This document shows, one piece after another, positions 49,523 through 63,803 of a stretch of 64,000 nt of DNA (positions within the stretch are counted from its first letter, which is position 1; each line of letters begins with the position of its first letter). Below the pieces are notes generated by a model. It saw only the letters and a list, made by a program, of their open reading frames with translations, was not told where the DNA came from and did no database searches. Location of the stretch: contig CM069142.1 in the NCBI GenBank assembly GCA_035221665.1, forward strand, positions 27,404,001-27,468,000, given 5' to 3'. The position numbers and the translations under genes were made by a program. Source of the DNA: Okamejei kenojei. Lineage: Eukaryota.

Positions 49523-49589
49523 GCCCCTCTTTGTTCTTGGTGGCGTGGCATAACCCACTTTCCACAGCCCTTCCTCGGCCTGACCTCCT

Positions 49590-50210
49590 CTCTTTAGTGT
49601 CATCTGCAAATTTACCGATCACGCTTTCCACATTCTCATCCAAATCATTGATATAAACCACAAACAGCAATGGGCCCAGCACCAATCCCCAAGGCACATC
49701 ACTAGTCACAGGCCTCCAGTCTGAAAAACAACTTCCACCAACACCCTCTGCTTCCTTCCATGAAGCCAATTTTCTACCCAGTCGGATAGCTCCTCTCACA
49801 GGATACCATGCAACCAAACCTTCCAGTGCAGCCTACAATGCGGACCCTTATCAAATGCCTTGCTGAAGTCCATATAAACAACGTCTGTGGCTTTGTTATG
49901 GTTATTTCTTCAAAAAAACACAGATATGTAAGGTACAATTTCCCATGTATAAAGCCATGCTGTTTATCCCTAATCATCCCCTGTCGTTTCAAAGTCTTAT
50001 CCCTCAGAATCTTCACCAGTAACTTGCCTACCACAGATGTTAGACTCACTGATGTATAGTTCCCAAGCTTTTCCTTACAGCCCTTCATAAATAGTGGCAC
50101 CACTTTTGCCACCCTCCAGTTTTCTGGCACCTTACCCATATTTATGACGACTCGTAAATCTCAGCGAGGGCACTTGCAATTTCTTCTCTGGCTTTGCACA
50201 GTATCCTTGG
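49590..50210 (-). mobile_element. CR1 RT fragment
   Basis: Motifs [29 protein letters not shown] and KFADD are present. Confidence 0.85.
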
Positions 50211-53200
50211 GTATATGTGATATATTTGACATATCGGATATATCAATTGTCAGGCTTGGTCCTACCCCCACATCTCTTCCAGCTATTCCCCAAGCCCCCC
50301 CCCCCCCCCCATGCCGCTCCCCTCCCCATCAGTCTGAATAAGGGTCCTGATGCAAAACCACCTATCAATTTTCTCCAGAGATGCTACTTGACCCACTGAG
50401 TTACTCCAGTGCTTTGTGTCTACATTAATTATTTACTGCTTTTAAAGGACAAGTTCAAATTTCTCTCATTAATTCATCTAGGAGAATATGAAGTAAAGAG
50501 CATAATACAAACGAGCCAAATTGTGACTTCAAATTAGGTTGGTGGGCACAAAATTCCAGGAGCTAGGTTTAGATTTAGGTTTATTATAGTCACGTGAACC
50601 GAGGTGCATTGAAAAGCTTTGCTTTGCATGCTATGCAAATAGATCAGACACACCATACATAGGTACAAATCAGTTCAAACTCAAGTACACCAATTATTAT
50701 TATATTGTGATTTTCCATTCGATATAAACTATTCCAATTTTAAATCCATTTTGCATGCTTTATCTTTCCCTCTAAATAATGGAGCACTATGAAGAGGTTT
50801 GCCAAATATAACTGTGTTGAAATTAAGCCTCATCCTGAAATTGAATAAAGCAGTGAAATTATCATGAATAGTTCATCTCAGTTCTGACCCAAGGGGGATA
50901 TGATAACTGGAGCGGAAAGTCCCAGGAACATAGTGCAGGAGTGTGAGCACAAACTCTATCATATACACATGCCACACACAACTTGTGATGGCAAATGACG
51001 GCAGAGAGATTGTTGATGTGCACACTAATAATTTCCTATAAAATGGAAGTAATATGCCAGGATTTACTGGAAAAGCGAAAGAAAAAAACACCAGCTATTC
51101 ATGAGACAAGCCGTTGTCTGTATAAATTACATGAACGTTATGTTTATCAAGTTGCAGAACATGGTAGGTGAAGTGACACAATTGACAATATTTTTTTAGA
51201 GATACAGCGTGGCCACGGGCCCTTCGGCCTACCAGGTCTATGCCGGCCAGCGATTACCCATACACCAGTTCTATCCTACAAACTAGAGACGATTTACAGA
51301 AGCCAATTAACCTACAAATCTGCACATCTCTGGGATGTGGGAGGAAACAGGAGCACCAGGAGAAAACCCATGCGATCACAGGAAGAACGTGTAAACTCCA
51401 CACAGACAGCACCCATTGTCAGGATCGAACCCGGGTCCCCGGCAATGCACGGCAGCTACTGCTGCGCCACTGTGCCGTCCCCATCAACAATGTGTTCCTC
51501 ATTTCCCTTTAATCCCCTCCCCCCCATTGCCATCCACCAATATCCTTTTCCCTGGCTTTACATTCTAACTCCCCTTCTCTCCCCATCTGATAACTTTTTG
51601 TCTTGTTTTCCACTCTGGCTTTGTCCACCCAACTGCCCATGAAACCCTCTCACTTGTATCCACCTATCACTAGGCATGATTTGTCCCACCCCATCTCTCT
51701 TTTACAGCTTTTTTCCGCTTATATAATCAGTCTGAAGAAGGGTCCCGATCCGAAACGTTGCCTGCCCATTCCTTCCACAGATGCTGCCTCAGCATCTAAG
51801 TTCCTCGAGCACCATACGTTTTGCTTGAAATTCCAGCACCTGCAGTTCCTTGTGCCTCCTTGTCAGGCCTTCTTGGAGTCAGGTGAAAAGGGTAAACCCT
51901 TAATCAATCAGAGAGAGAGCAATTGTTAAAGCATGATTTTGAGCTTGAACCAAAATATTAGTCAGAAAAGTGAATTAAATGTTGAAATGTTGGTGGAAAA
52001 CAACATAAAATGAAGAGACACAAGCAACTGCAGATGCTGATTTACAAAAGTGCTGAAGTCACTCAGCAGGTCAGGCAGCATCTCTGGAGAACATGGATCG
52101 GCAACGTTCTGGGTTAGGATCCTTCTTCAAAATGAGTACAAGAGGATTAGATGGAAAAAAAGAAAAGTAAAAGGAAATTTAGTGTATATTTTAAAATGTG
52201 TTACGATAAAAAATGGAAGGAATCCAGTAGTTAAAGTTATTTTTTAGTGTTGGAGTTGATTGGTAATAAATAACATTTGTCACATACTTAATTATAAATG
52301 TTACATTTAAATGGGTGAGTCCTAGTTTATGGGATTGTGGACAGTGTATTTTACTGGATTAATAATTCAGAAACTTGGCCTGATGATGTTCAAATAATTT
52401 ACTTCAGTTTTAAGAGGTTTATAAATGACCCTCCAATCCAAAGACATGCAAAAGCTGTGCAGATTCTCAACAACTATTTCTGGTTCCCAGTTTAATTCTT
52501 AGAGCTGATGAATTTATATTCTTCCAGTTGAGTGTCACTAAAAACATATTGACCAGAGGGGTGAGGCCATTTATTTAATAACAATCATGGCTGCATCCGA
52601 TTCCTAGTGTATAAAATAAGCCATTGCATTCACCTTGCATCATTGGTGAGTTGCATGGTGAAGTGCCACAATTGGGTAGTGTTAGAGCCATATGGCATGG
52701 AAGCAGACCCTTCAGACCAACTTGCCCACACCACCAAACAAGCCCCACCTACACTAGTCCCACCTGCCCATGTTTGGCCCGGATCCTCCTAAACATTTCC
52801 TAGCCATTTACCTGTCCAAATGTTGCAATCGTACCTGCCTCAACTAGCTCCTCTGACAACTCATTCCACAGTCCCACCATCCTTTGTATTAAAAAAAATG
52901 CCTCCCAGGTTCCTGTTAAATCTTTCCCCCCTTAAAATATACCTATGTGTTCTGGTTCTTGATTCTCCTACTCTGGGAAAAAAAACTTTGCGCATTTACC
53001 CCATCTATTCCTCTAATGAACTTCTACAGCTCCATAAGATCACCCTTATCCTCCTGCGCTCCAAGGAATAAAGTCCTAGACTGCTCAACCTCTCCCTATA
53101 ACTCAGGCCCTCGAGTCATGGCAACATCCTCATAAATCCACTTTGCACCCTTTTCAGACAGCAACACCCAAGTTTTGCACAGACCTGCACATTTACCCTT

Positions 53201-54215
53201 ATTTTTAACTTACACCAAAATAACACCAAAACCAATAAAAAGGAACAGCAAATGCTGGGTTATACCAAAGATAGATAGATACCAAGCGCTGGAGTAACTC
53301 TGGGTTTGGCAGCATCTCTGGACAAAAAGGATGGGTGACGTTTTGGGTTTGAACCCTTCTTCAAAATTAATGCTGCTTGGCACTGGCCTCATTATTCTGT
53401 TGACAGTAAATTCTCACTTTATGTTGATGACATTTCTCTGCACATCTGAAGTTCAGGTTAAATGTTCTCAGGACAAATGCAATACACATTTGAAGTTTGC
53501 ATATTCTAAAAGAACATAATTCAAAGTAGATCTCAGTTCAGCTGGTGCAATGGCTGGTTTGGACATCAGGGCCTTGGGTGACTCCTTCACCTCATAGACG
53601 TTTCAGGCAGGGATCTGTGTTATGCCTCAATTCCATAATTGTAGACCACTGTGTTCATATTAGTCCTTCAAAATTATCCAAATATGGATATTACTTGGGA
53701 GAAAGCCTTGGGCATTGATCAATATAACGTAGGAAAGCTGGAGATAAATATAACTTGACCCTTCTTCAGACCTCTTGGAGGACTGCTCAGTTACTGAATA
53801 TGGGACATCAGAACCCAACACGCTGGCTATGATTTGTTGTGGCCTTTTCTTATCTCCAGTCAACCCCCCCCCCCCCACCCCCCACCCCGCCCCTCTACTT
53901 TCAGTCTAAAGAAGAGTTCTGACCTAAAATATTACCTGTTACTTTTTTCCAGAGATGTTGCCTGACCTGCTAAGTTGCTCCAAGCCTTTGTGTCTATGTT
54001 CAGTATAATCTAGCATCTGCAGTTCCTTCCTACACATCAATGAAGTATGTCCTGCTGGAGTTTAAAACTCTGACTAGCTCTCTCACTCTCGTGTTAAAAA
54101 ACACTTTTCCAATCCAGAATATATCTCAGAATATGGCCAACAATCATCTCCCTTTTGCCTCTGCATAACCATCTAAATTACCAAGAGTAAATAAATGAGT
54201 ATAAAATTGTGACTT

Positions 54216-55798
54216 ACATAGAAAAACATAGAAAATAGGTGGAGGAGTAGGCCATTCGGTCCTTCAAGTCAGCACTGCCATTCAATATGATCATGGCTGA
54301 TAATCCAAAATAAGTACCCTGTTATGTCATTTTCCCCATATCCCTTGATTCCCTTAGCCCTAAGAGCTAAATCTAACTTTCTCAATTCATCCAGTGAGTT
54401 GGCCTTCTGTGGCATGGAATTCCACAGATTTTCAACTATCCGGGTGAAAGAGTTTTTCCTCATCTCAGTCCTAAATGGCCTACCCCTTATTCTTAAACTG
54501 TGACCCCAGGTTCTGGACTCCCCCAACACCAGGAACATTTCCCCTGCATCTACCCTGTCCAATCCTCAAAGAATTTTATATGTTTCTATAAGATATACTC
54601 TCATCCTTCTAAATTCCAGCAAATATAGCCCATTCTTTCATCATACATCAGTCCCGCCATCCCGGGAATTAACCTGGTGAACCTACGCTGCACTCCCATA
54701 ATGGCAATAATGTCCTTCCTCAAATTAGGAGACCAAAATTGCACACAATACTCCAGGTGTGGTCTCACCAGGGCCCTGTAGAACTGCAGTAGGTCCTCCT
54801 TGGTCCTAAACTCAAATTTTCTCACAATGAAGGTCAACATGCCATTGTCTTTCTTCACTACCTGCTGTACCTGTTTGCTTACTTTCAGTGACTGATGTAT
54901 AAATTGCACCTCCCCTTCTCCTAATCTGACACCATTCAGATAATAATCTGCCTTCCTGTTCTTGCCACCAAAGCAAATAACCTCACATTTATCCACATTT
55001 TACTGCATCTTCCTTGCTACTGCCCACTCACCCAACCTATCCAAGTCACCCTTAGTGAAGACAGAACCAAAGTACTTGTTCTTGTTTTCTTCCTTGTTTC
55101 CTAAAATTATATTTCCTTGTTTCCTAATATAAATTTGATTGTCTCTGACTGTAAGGGACCTACACTCGTCTTCACTAATCATTTCACTTTTTCATACCTA
55201 AAGAAACTTTTACAGTCAGTTTTTATATTCCCCGCAAGCTTTGTCTCATGCTCTTTTTTGTCTCCCTCTTAATTAACCCCCTTGTACTCTTCTGTTGAGT
55301 TCTAAATTTCTCCCAGTCCTCTGGTTTGCTGCTTCTTCTGGTCAATTTATATGCCTCTTCTTGGCTTTAACACTATTCTTGACTTCCCTCATCAGCCACT
55401 GTTGAGCCGCCTTCCCAGTTTTATTTTTTCGCCAGACAGGGATGAACAATTTTTGGAGTTCATCCATGGGGTCTATAAATCTTTGCCAATGCATCTCTAC
55501 TGTTAACCCTTTAAGTATAATTTTCCAGTCTATCCTAGCCAATTCCCTTCTCATATCTTCAAAGTCTCCTTTATTCGTTCAGGACCCTAGTCGCTGAATT
55601 AACCGTGTCACTCTCCATCCAAATGCAGAATTCCACCACATTATGGTCACTGTTGCCCAAGGGGCCTTGCATGACAAGATCGCTAACTAATCCTTCCTCA
55701 TTACACAATACCCAGTCTAAGATGTCCTGCCCTCAACTCAGTTCTTCTAAATATTGGTTTAAAAACCCATCATGTATACATTCCTGGAAATCCTCCTC
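54216..55798 (-). mobile_element. Degenerate CR1 with internal deletion
   Basis: It has a 3' tail and UTR, RPHLEYCVQFWSP, and an upstream linker and endonuclease remnant. The central RT is missing near 55050. Confidence 0.88.
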
Positions 55799-57065
55799 CT
55801 CAGCGGGACAAGGCAGCATCTCTGGTGAGAAGGAATGGGTGATGCTTTGGGCCGAAACCCTTCTTCAGACTGGTTGGGGGCAAGGGAAACGAGAATTATA
55901 GACGGTGATGTGGAGAGATAAAGACCAATGAATGAAAGATATGTAAACAAGTTACGATGATAAAGGAAACATGCCATTGTAAGCTGTTTGTCGGTTGAAA
56001 ATAAGAAGCTAGTGCAACTTGGGTGAGGGAGGGATAGAGAGAGAGGGAATGCCGGGGCTACCTGAAGTCAGAGAAATCAAATTCATACCACTGGGCTGTA
56101 AGCTGCCCAAGCGAAATATGAGATGGAATGCCGGGGCTACCTGTTCCTCCAATTTGCGTTTAGCCTCACTCTGACAATGGAGGAGACCGAGGACAGAAAG
56201 GTCTGTGTAGGAATGTGCAGGAGAATTAAAGTGTCCAGCAACTGGGAGATCAGGTTGATTAACGTGGTCTGAGCGAAGGTGTTCTGCGAAACGATCGGCC
56301 AGTCTGCGTTTGGTCTTATCGATGTATAAGAGTCCACGTCTTGAACAACGGATACAGTAGATGAGGTTGGAGGAGGTGCAAGTGAACCTCTGCCTAACCT
56401 GAAAAAGGTTCAGGTTCAAGAACTCCACCATGTTGTATGCGACAGCTGATGGGGTGGAAGGTAAGGACTCATGGACTTCATCTACTTCACAGAGGTTTCG
56501 TCTCTCTTGCAACTAGGGGGAGGGGGAACGAGGGCGGAGCTGCGGGGTATCGAGGAGACATGAGTGAGGGCCTTATTTATGATGGGAGAAGGGATAGTGT
56601 CTTTGTAGGAAGCAGGGTGGGAAGAATTGTAGTTGAGATAGTTGTTGGAGTCAGTGGGTTTGTAATGGACATCAGTCAATAGTCTATTTCTTGTGATGGA
56701 GACTGTGAGATCAAGAAAGGGGAGGGAGGTGTTGGAAATTTGAATGCTGGATGAAAATTGGTGGAGAAGTTAATAAAGTCCCTGAGTTCTGCACGGGTGC
56801 AGGAGGTATCCCTCTCCAACCCAAGTCGCACTGACTTCTCATTTTCACTCTACAAACAGCTTACAATGGCCTGTTTCCTTCATCATCGTTACTTTTTTTG
56901 CATACCTTTCCTTCTTTGTGCTTTATCACTACACACCACCGTCTATATCTCTCGTTTCCCTGATCTTTAACCAGTCTGAAGAAGGGTCTCGACCTGAAAT
57001 GTCACCCATTCCTTCTCTCCAGAGATGCTGCCTGTCCCGCTGAGTTACTCCAGCTTTTTGTGTGT
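55799..57065 (-). mobile_element. Penelope-like element (GIY-YIG), 5'-truncated, with an inverted copy of its 3' terminus
   Basis: ORF 56009-56512 encodes FTCTSSNLIYCIRC...LYIDKTKRRLADRFAEH...HFNSPAH...LGSLQPSGMN, and the RT tail YKPTDSNNYLNYNSSHP is present. 56808-57050 is an inverted copy of about 55799-56040. Confidence 0.93.
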
Positions 57066-57317
57066 ATATACATGGTCTAGGATATGTTTAAAGGGATATG
57101 GATCAAACGCAGGCAGATGGGATGTGTGTAGATGGGGCATGTTGGTTGGCATGGGCTGTTTCCATGGGCAATTTATGCTGAAGGGGCTGTTTCCATGCTG
57201 TGTGACTCCATTTTTAAAATTATTCCAAAGTCCAGTTAGGCATCCACCAGTTAAACAGATAATAAGACAAGGAAGACAAAAGGGCATTTCCTTCCCCAAC
57301 AATGCAGGAATTCACCT

Positions 57318-57945
57318 TATAGACAATAGACAAAGGCGCAGGAGTAGGCCATTTGGCCCTTCGAGCCAGCACCACCATTCAATGTGATCATGGCTGATCA
57401 TACACAATCAGTACTCCGTTCCTGCCTTCTCCCCATATCCCCTGACTCCACTATCTTTAAGAACCCTATCAAGCTCTCTCTTGAAAGTGTCCAGAGAACC
57501 GGCCTCTATCACCCTCTGAGGCAGAGAATTCCACAGACTCACAACTCTCTGTGTGAAGAAGTGTTTCCTCATCTCCGTTTTAAATGCCTTACCCCTTATT
57601 CTTAAACTGTGGTCCCTGGTTCTGGACTCTCCCAACATCGGGAACATGTTTCCTGCCTCTAGCGTGTCCAAACCCTTAATAACCTTATGTTTCAATAAGA
57701 TCCCCTTTCATCCTTCTAAACTCCAGAGTATACAAGCCCAGCCACTCCATTCTCTCAGCATGTGGCAGTGCCATCATACCGGGTATTAACCTTGTGAACC
57801 TACGCTGCACTCCCTCAATAGCAAGAATGTCCTTCCTCAAATTAGGGGACGAAAACTGCACATAATACTCTAGTTGTGGTCTCACTAGGGCCCTGTACAA
57901 CTGCAGAAGGACCTCTTTGCTCCAGTACTCAACTCCTCTTGTTAT
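57318..57945 (-). mobile_element. CR1 3' fragment
   Basis: ORF2 C-terminal remnants lie at 57408-57695 and 57685-57945. Confidence 0.9.
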
Positions 57946-58366
57946 AAAGATATTATAGGTGCAAAAGAAGAGGCTGAAGAAATTGTAACAAGCTTCAGCC
58001 AGAAATCCTGCAGGGTTCCTGAAAGGATATAATGTCATAGCTTACTCCTGAAGACTACAGGACGTACTCTGAGACCTCACGGTGCAGATATCTTGTTGAA
58101 GACCAGCATTCCTGACCAGTGTCACTGGCTGAAGTTAAGTTACAACAGTGACATCTGCAGGTATAAATTATAAGTGTAAAACAGGACAGTTCCATGCCAG
58201 CTAATTACCCATTGTGGTTGATGGAGCACGAACCAGCATCTCTGCTCTCTCCCATAATTCTACACTCACCTTCTCCACCGCCCAGAGGGACCAGGGATGG
58301 TGTTCTCTTCATCCTTTCCCTTTACCTTAAAAGTTAAGTTAATCGGCATTGATGGGAAAACGCTCT

Positions 58367-58852
58367 CATAGAAACATAGAAAATAGGTGCAGGAGTAGGC
58401 CATTCGGCCCTTCGAGCCTGCACCGCCATTCAATATGATCATGGCTGATCATCCAACTCAGTATCCCGTACCTGCCTTCTCTCCATACCCCATGATCCCC
58501 TTAGCCACAAGGGCCACATCTAACTCCCTCTTAAATATAGCCAATGAACTGGCCTCAACTACCTTCTGTGGCAGAGGATTCCAGAGATTCACCACTCTCT
58601 GTGTGAAAAATGTTTTTCTCATCTCGGTCTTAAAAGACTTCCCCCTTATCCTTAAACTGTGACCCCTTGTTCTGGACCTCCCCAACATCGGGAACAATCT
58701 TCCTGCATCTAGCCTGTCCAACCCCTTAAGAATTTTGTAACTTTCTATAAGATCCCCCCTCAATCTTCTAAATTCTAGCGAGTACAAGCCGAGTCTATCC
58801 AGTCTTTCTTCATATGAAAGTCCTGACATCCCAGGAATCAGTCTGGTGAACT
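58367..58852 (-). mobile_element. Young CR1 3' fragment
   Basis: It is near-identical to 9505-9995. Confidence 0.92.
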
Positions 58853-60371
58853 TATCTGTGCTCATAGTTATAGACCCACGTTGCACGAAGAAAAATGGTG
58901 GTTGGTGACGAAGATCAATAATTTTACTCTATTAGCTCAGGACTGTTAGTCCTGAAACACTGTAAGTGAATTCCAGATCATGGGGGCTGATACCAAGGCT
59001 GTCAGTGGTGAGATGGTCGGCAGCTGTAGTTTGGGCTGGAGGTGCTATAAAGTTGGGGAATGTAAGGCCATATGGGAATCTAAACATGCAGCTGAGAATG
59101 GGGTGGCACGGTGGTGCAGTGGTGGAGTTGCTGCTTTACAGCGCCAGAGACCCGGAATTGATCCTGACTACGGGTGTTGTCTGTATGGAGTTTGTACATT
59201 CACCCGTGACCTGCGTGGGTTGTTTCAGCGTGCGCCTCCCGCAATCTAAAGACGTTCAGGTTTGTAGGCTAATTGACTTGGTAAAATTGTAAATTGTCCC
59301 TAGTGTTCTTAGGGTAGTGTCAGTGCGCGAGAATCGCTGGTCGGCATGAACCCGGCGGGCTGCAGGGCCTGCTTCTGCACTGTATCTCTAAACTAAACTA
59401 ACTGAACTGTAGAGTAGTGCGAGTGTACGGCTGATCGCTGGTCTGTAAGGACTCAGTGGGCCTGATGGCCTGCTTCCACGTTGTATCTCTAAAGTTTTAA
59501 AGTCTAAAGAAAAATATCATTGTTCCATATCGATAATAAAACACTCTTGGCCTGATTGGTGATTCTTGCGTTTAGCTGTTAAATCAGGAAGTGATGATGG
59601 AGTGATATCACACATCACAATGCACTTCATAGGAGACAGCAGCTCCTCAACAAGGCAGTATTGATTTCTGTTTGCAAAGTAATAATGACCATAGTTTATT
59701 ATTCTTTCCCTTCATCCTGCTGTATCATTTATTGCAGCACAGCAGCCACTATAATACATTTATAGCATTGATTAAGTTAAACTCAACCCATTTTCCTTCT
59801 CCACCCACTGCATCCAATCCTAACGTGTGCACACTCCCATTGAATGAAACCTGAGTGATACTGAGGTTGAAGCCCGAGAGGATTAAAAGCAAAGCAAAAT
59901 TGGTTGTCTGTCAGAAGAGAAGCAGGTTTGTCAAGGACAGCTTCTCCTGAAGATCATCAATCAGTTCCTGAGGCGCTCCGTAAACATTTCATCAATCCCC
60001 TGTATCAAGAAAGGGTCCAATTAATCTTTGTCATTGTCACCTCATAGTAACATACTGTCACAGCCATTCTGTTCTCTATTGGAAATGTCCTTGTGGTCAG
60101 GTTTTCAAGATATGTATGAGCAGATAAAGGTGGTAGTGTGACTATCAGGAGCAGGGTAGGATATAAAGCAAACATTGTATCTTGAAGCAAGGATCTGCCA
60201 AGGATCTCTTGCAACCAATATGATATGCTCCATGGCAAATATGGTAAGATGTGAATGGAATGGATAACATGGTATCAGAGTCTTGTGAAAAGATTTGAGT
60301 GAGTTCTCATACCCAACTTTACCTAAGCCATTGTATGTTATCCTGTACTCTGCTCTAATATGTAAGATGTT

Positions 60372-60509
60372 AAAGAAGGAACTGCAGATGCTGGAGAATC
60401 GAGGGTACACAAGAGTCTGAAGAAGGGTCTCGACCCGAAACGTCGCCTATCTCCTTCGCTCCTTAGATGCTGCTGCACCCGCTGAGTTTCTCCAGCCTTT
60501 TGTGTAACC
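60372..60509. mobile_element. Short Penelope-derived insertion with a 17-bp target-site duplication
   Basis: CTAATATGTAAGATGTT occurs at 60355-60371 and 60510-60526. The insert contains CTGAAGAAGGGTCTCGACCCGAAACGTC. Confidence 0.88.
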
Positions 60510-63500
60510 CTAATATGTAAGATGTTTAGTTTAGTTTATCATTGTCACAGGTACTGAGGTACTGTGAAAAGCATTTGTTTGCGTGCTATCCAGTTGGAGA
60601 AAAGACATGAATACAATCATGCCATCCATAGTACACAGATACAGGATAAAGGGTACAGCATTTAGTGCAAAGATGTAGCATTGAAATCCGATTAAAGATA
60701 GGCCAAAGGTCTCCAATGAGATTAATGGGAAGTCAGGACTGCACTCTAGCTGATGAGAGGAGCCACTGTCTGACACTTACCTATCACTAATGTCCAGGCA
60801 GCACGTCTGGAAGGTGTAGCTAGGTGACATTTCAGTTCAGGACTCTTCTCTTGGGTTGATTCCATTCTTTGAGTCTGAAAATGGCTTTTGACCTGAAACG
60901 TCAGCTACCCGTGTTCCCCAGAGATGCCGCCGTACCGGCTCAGTTACTCCAGCACTGGGTGATAGCTAAGAATGCGACAAAACAGCTTTTCACTGTAGCT
61001 GTGACAATAAACCAAACTGAACTAAACTAAACACTTTATGTTCTGTGCAAGATTCCACCATCTGCACTTCCTTGTGTCTCCATCTTGCGATCAGTGTTTA
61101 CTGGTGGACCAAAAAGCTCCCTCTCTTGTCATCACGAATGTGCAATTTTATAGTTCACTTGAGAAATGTGTTCTTCCTCTCTGAAGCATTATGCTAACAT
61201 TCTAGCTTTAGTCAAGAGTCCTGTCTGTTTAAGTTACCGCAAAAGTTAAAATCCTGTAGCATAGTGGTACTTCCTTCTCTGCCTACAGAAAAGAACATTA
61301 AGACGGCTGAAATCCGCCGTGATATATTTCAATGTACTGATGAAATTCTGTATTTCAATTCTGAGAAATACAGTGAATAGAAATTGGTTAACAGTTTTAC
61401 TCCAAGCTCTGAGCCAGGAAAGTGAGACCAAATCTAATTTCATGAAATTCTCTGCTCTTCTATTTAGTGAAAGCATTAACCTATTTAATTTGAACCAGTT
61501 AATGCCTTCATTAAAGAGTAGCTGTGGATTTTCCAACATTAATACTAATGGACTGTGTGACTTTGGCACCTCATTTCACGTTTACTAACGTTTATTTCAT
61601 AAAGTGAGTAAAGCAATCCAAACCATTAAATTGATAATGTACTTTGTTTTCTTTTATTGTTTTGACATTAATAATGGGGCTGGTTTGGTGTGAGCAAGTT
61701 GGGCTGAAAGACCTGTTTCCACGCTGTATGACTATGACTTCTGTCAATGTGATATGTAAACCTTGGACGAAAAGTTATTCCCTTATCATGTATCTGTACA
61801 CTGTGAATGGCTCAATTGTAATCATGTATTGTCTTTCCATGGCTGGTTGGCACGTTTTGCACTGTACAGGCAAAGGTTTTCACTGTACCTTGATACATGT
61901 GACAATAAACTAAACTGAAATAAAAAAAAACAACAAAATTGCTGGAGTAACTCAGTAGGTCAGGAAGCATCTCTGGAGAACACGGATAGGAGACCCTTCT
62001 TCCGAATAATCTTCAATCAGTTGCTCGTGGACAAATCCCTTGTCCTCCATTTACTTATCTGCCTGCTGCTTATCAATCTGAAGAAGGGTCATGACCGCTG
62101 AGCTACTCCAGCAATGAGTGTCTCTTTTTGTAAATTGGCATCAGCAGTTCCTTGTTTCTACTCTGATGTGTGAAGAGCTTTAACAATCATGTTTCTCAAC
62201 TCAAAAGCTCGGTAAAGAAATAATGGGGCATTTCCGTTCAATTGGACTACAGCTTTGAGCTTTTGGCAATGTTTATATCGCAAATGATGAGGACAGTTTA
62301 ACAGGATGGTCTAATAATTCCATGTGAACTGGTGCTCGTTTGAGGTTTCATCCAGCATTAGCTCTTTAGTGATAAACACACCTTTTACCTGACCAAAGAA
62401 AATGTTTCAGAACAACATATTGACTATGTTCAATGGTTCTTCATTGTCATGTTTGCACAACACAGTGAAATTATTTCGCACAACCCAAAAATGCACAGTC
62501 GCCATATGTTGGCACCATTTACAAAGAAAAATAAAAATAAAACAAGTCCAGAGTCCGGTCCACATGGTGGAAGTGCAGGAGCGCCCCCGATCCAGGTAAG
62601 CTCAGGTAAGCTCCGGGCTGCTGAACGCCCACGCTCCGACGTCCCTTTTCTCGCCAGACAGCCTCGGAGAGCGCCTCCTGCAGCCGATCTTGAAGACGCT
62701 GGAGGCAATCCCAGGTCCCTCTTCTAGCGGCCTACTCCTCATGTGAGTGTGCAAAACATGTGGTGCTCAGAATGAACACTGAGAAAGATTAAAGCTATAA
62801 GAATGATATTGCTCTAACCCCATATATAAAAACAATTCAGCGACAAAACTGAAATAGATCATAGATAATAAATGCACCTTGCAGATATGTTGCACGTACA
62901 CCACAAGATTTGCATGAAGTTCAGCATGAATTATTCTTTGTTGAGATGAGGGTGGCCCAGTGATGCATTCGTTAGAACTGCTGCCTCACAGTGCAAGAGA
63001 CCTGGATTCAATCCTGACCTCAGATGCTGTCTGTGAAGTGCTAGTGTCCAGGGATTGTTCGTCGGTGTGGACTCGGTGGGCCTCAGGGCCCGTTTCCACA
63101 CTGTATCTCTAAACTAAACTAAACTAAACTGTTTGTTCTACATTGTACAGCAGTGATTTTGAAAAATTAGCGACACATATCAGAGTGAAGTGATGTAAAA
63201 CCCAAAAGAATTAGAAAGGTTGTTTCAATTAACGTGGGGAGGGAAATGGTGTTATGGTTTTCCTTTGTTTACTGGTTTACTGGTTGTAGCTTTTTACACA
63301 CTGCCCATACTTGGAAATACAACGTTGCTCCTTCATTATTACTACAACAAGATCCTGGAACTCTCTCCCCAGCAATTCTGGATGTACCTTCAAACAATTT
63401 GGTTTCAGAGGACTATTTACCACACCTTTTCAAGGGCAGTAAGGGACGGCCAGTATTAAGACACTACACACCTACCCAGCCTTCACATCTAAGGCTTTGT

Positions 63501-63803
63501 GAAAAAGTGGTAAAACAACCATAAGGAGTGGAAAGAGTAATCTTAGTTAACTTGTGGGTGGCCTTAAGAGAACAGATCTATGCCACATTCACGGACTGTG
63601 TGAAAATAAGTGGTGTTACTTCTGTCACTGAATGTGCCATTGCCCTGCAGCCCTGCAATCCCATTAAAAACATACACAAGTTCTGGCCTTCAAACACCCC
63701 TTGAGTATGAAGGGATTGATTTTTTCCTCAATGTTTTTCCTCAATGTTCACATAACATTCATGCCACGCTGTCACAAAGTCTTTGTCTCTACCATGTGGG
63801 AGG

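Noticed and set aside
59101-59180. tRNA gene-like A/B boxes
   Set aside because: These are heads of tRNA-derived SINEs continuing into the V-domain, not cloverleaf tRNA genes.
59967-61283. Possible minus-strand exons of a neighbouring gene (GIDEMFTERLRN*; AEKEVPLCYRILTFA)
   Set aside because: Splice signals are plausible, but the frames are ambiguous and the peptides are unrecognised. Not supportable without a search.
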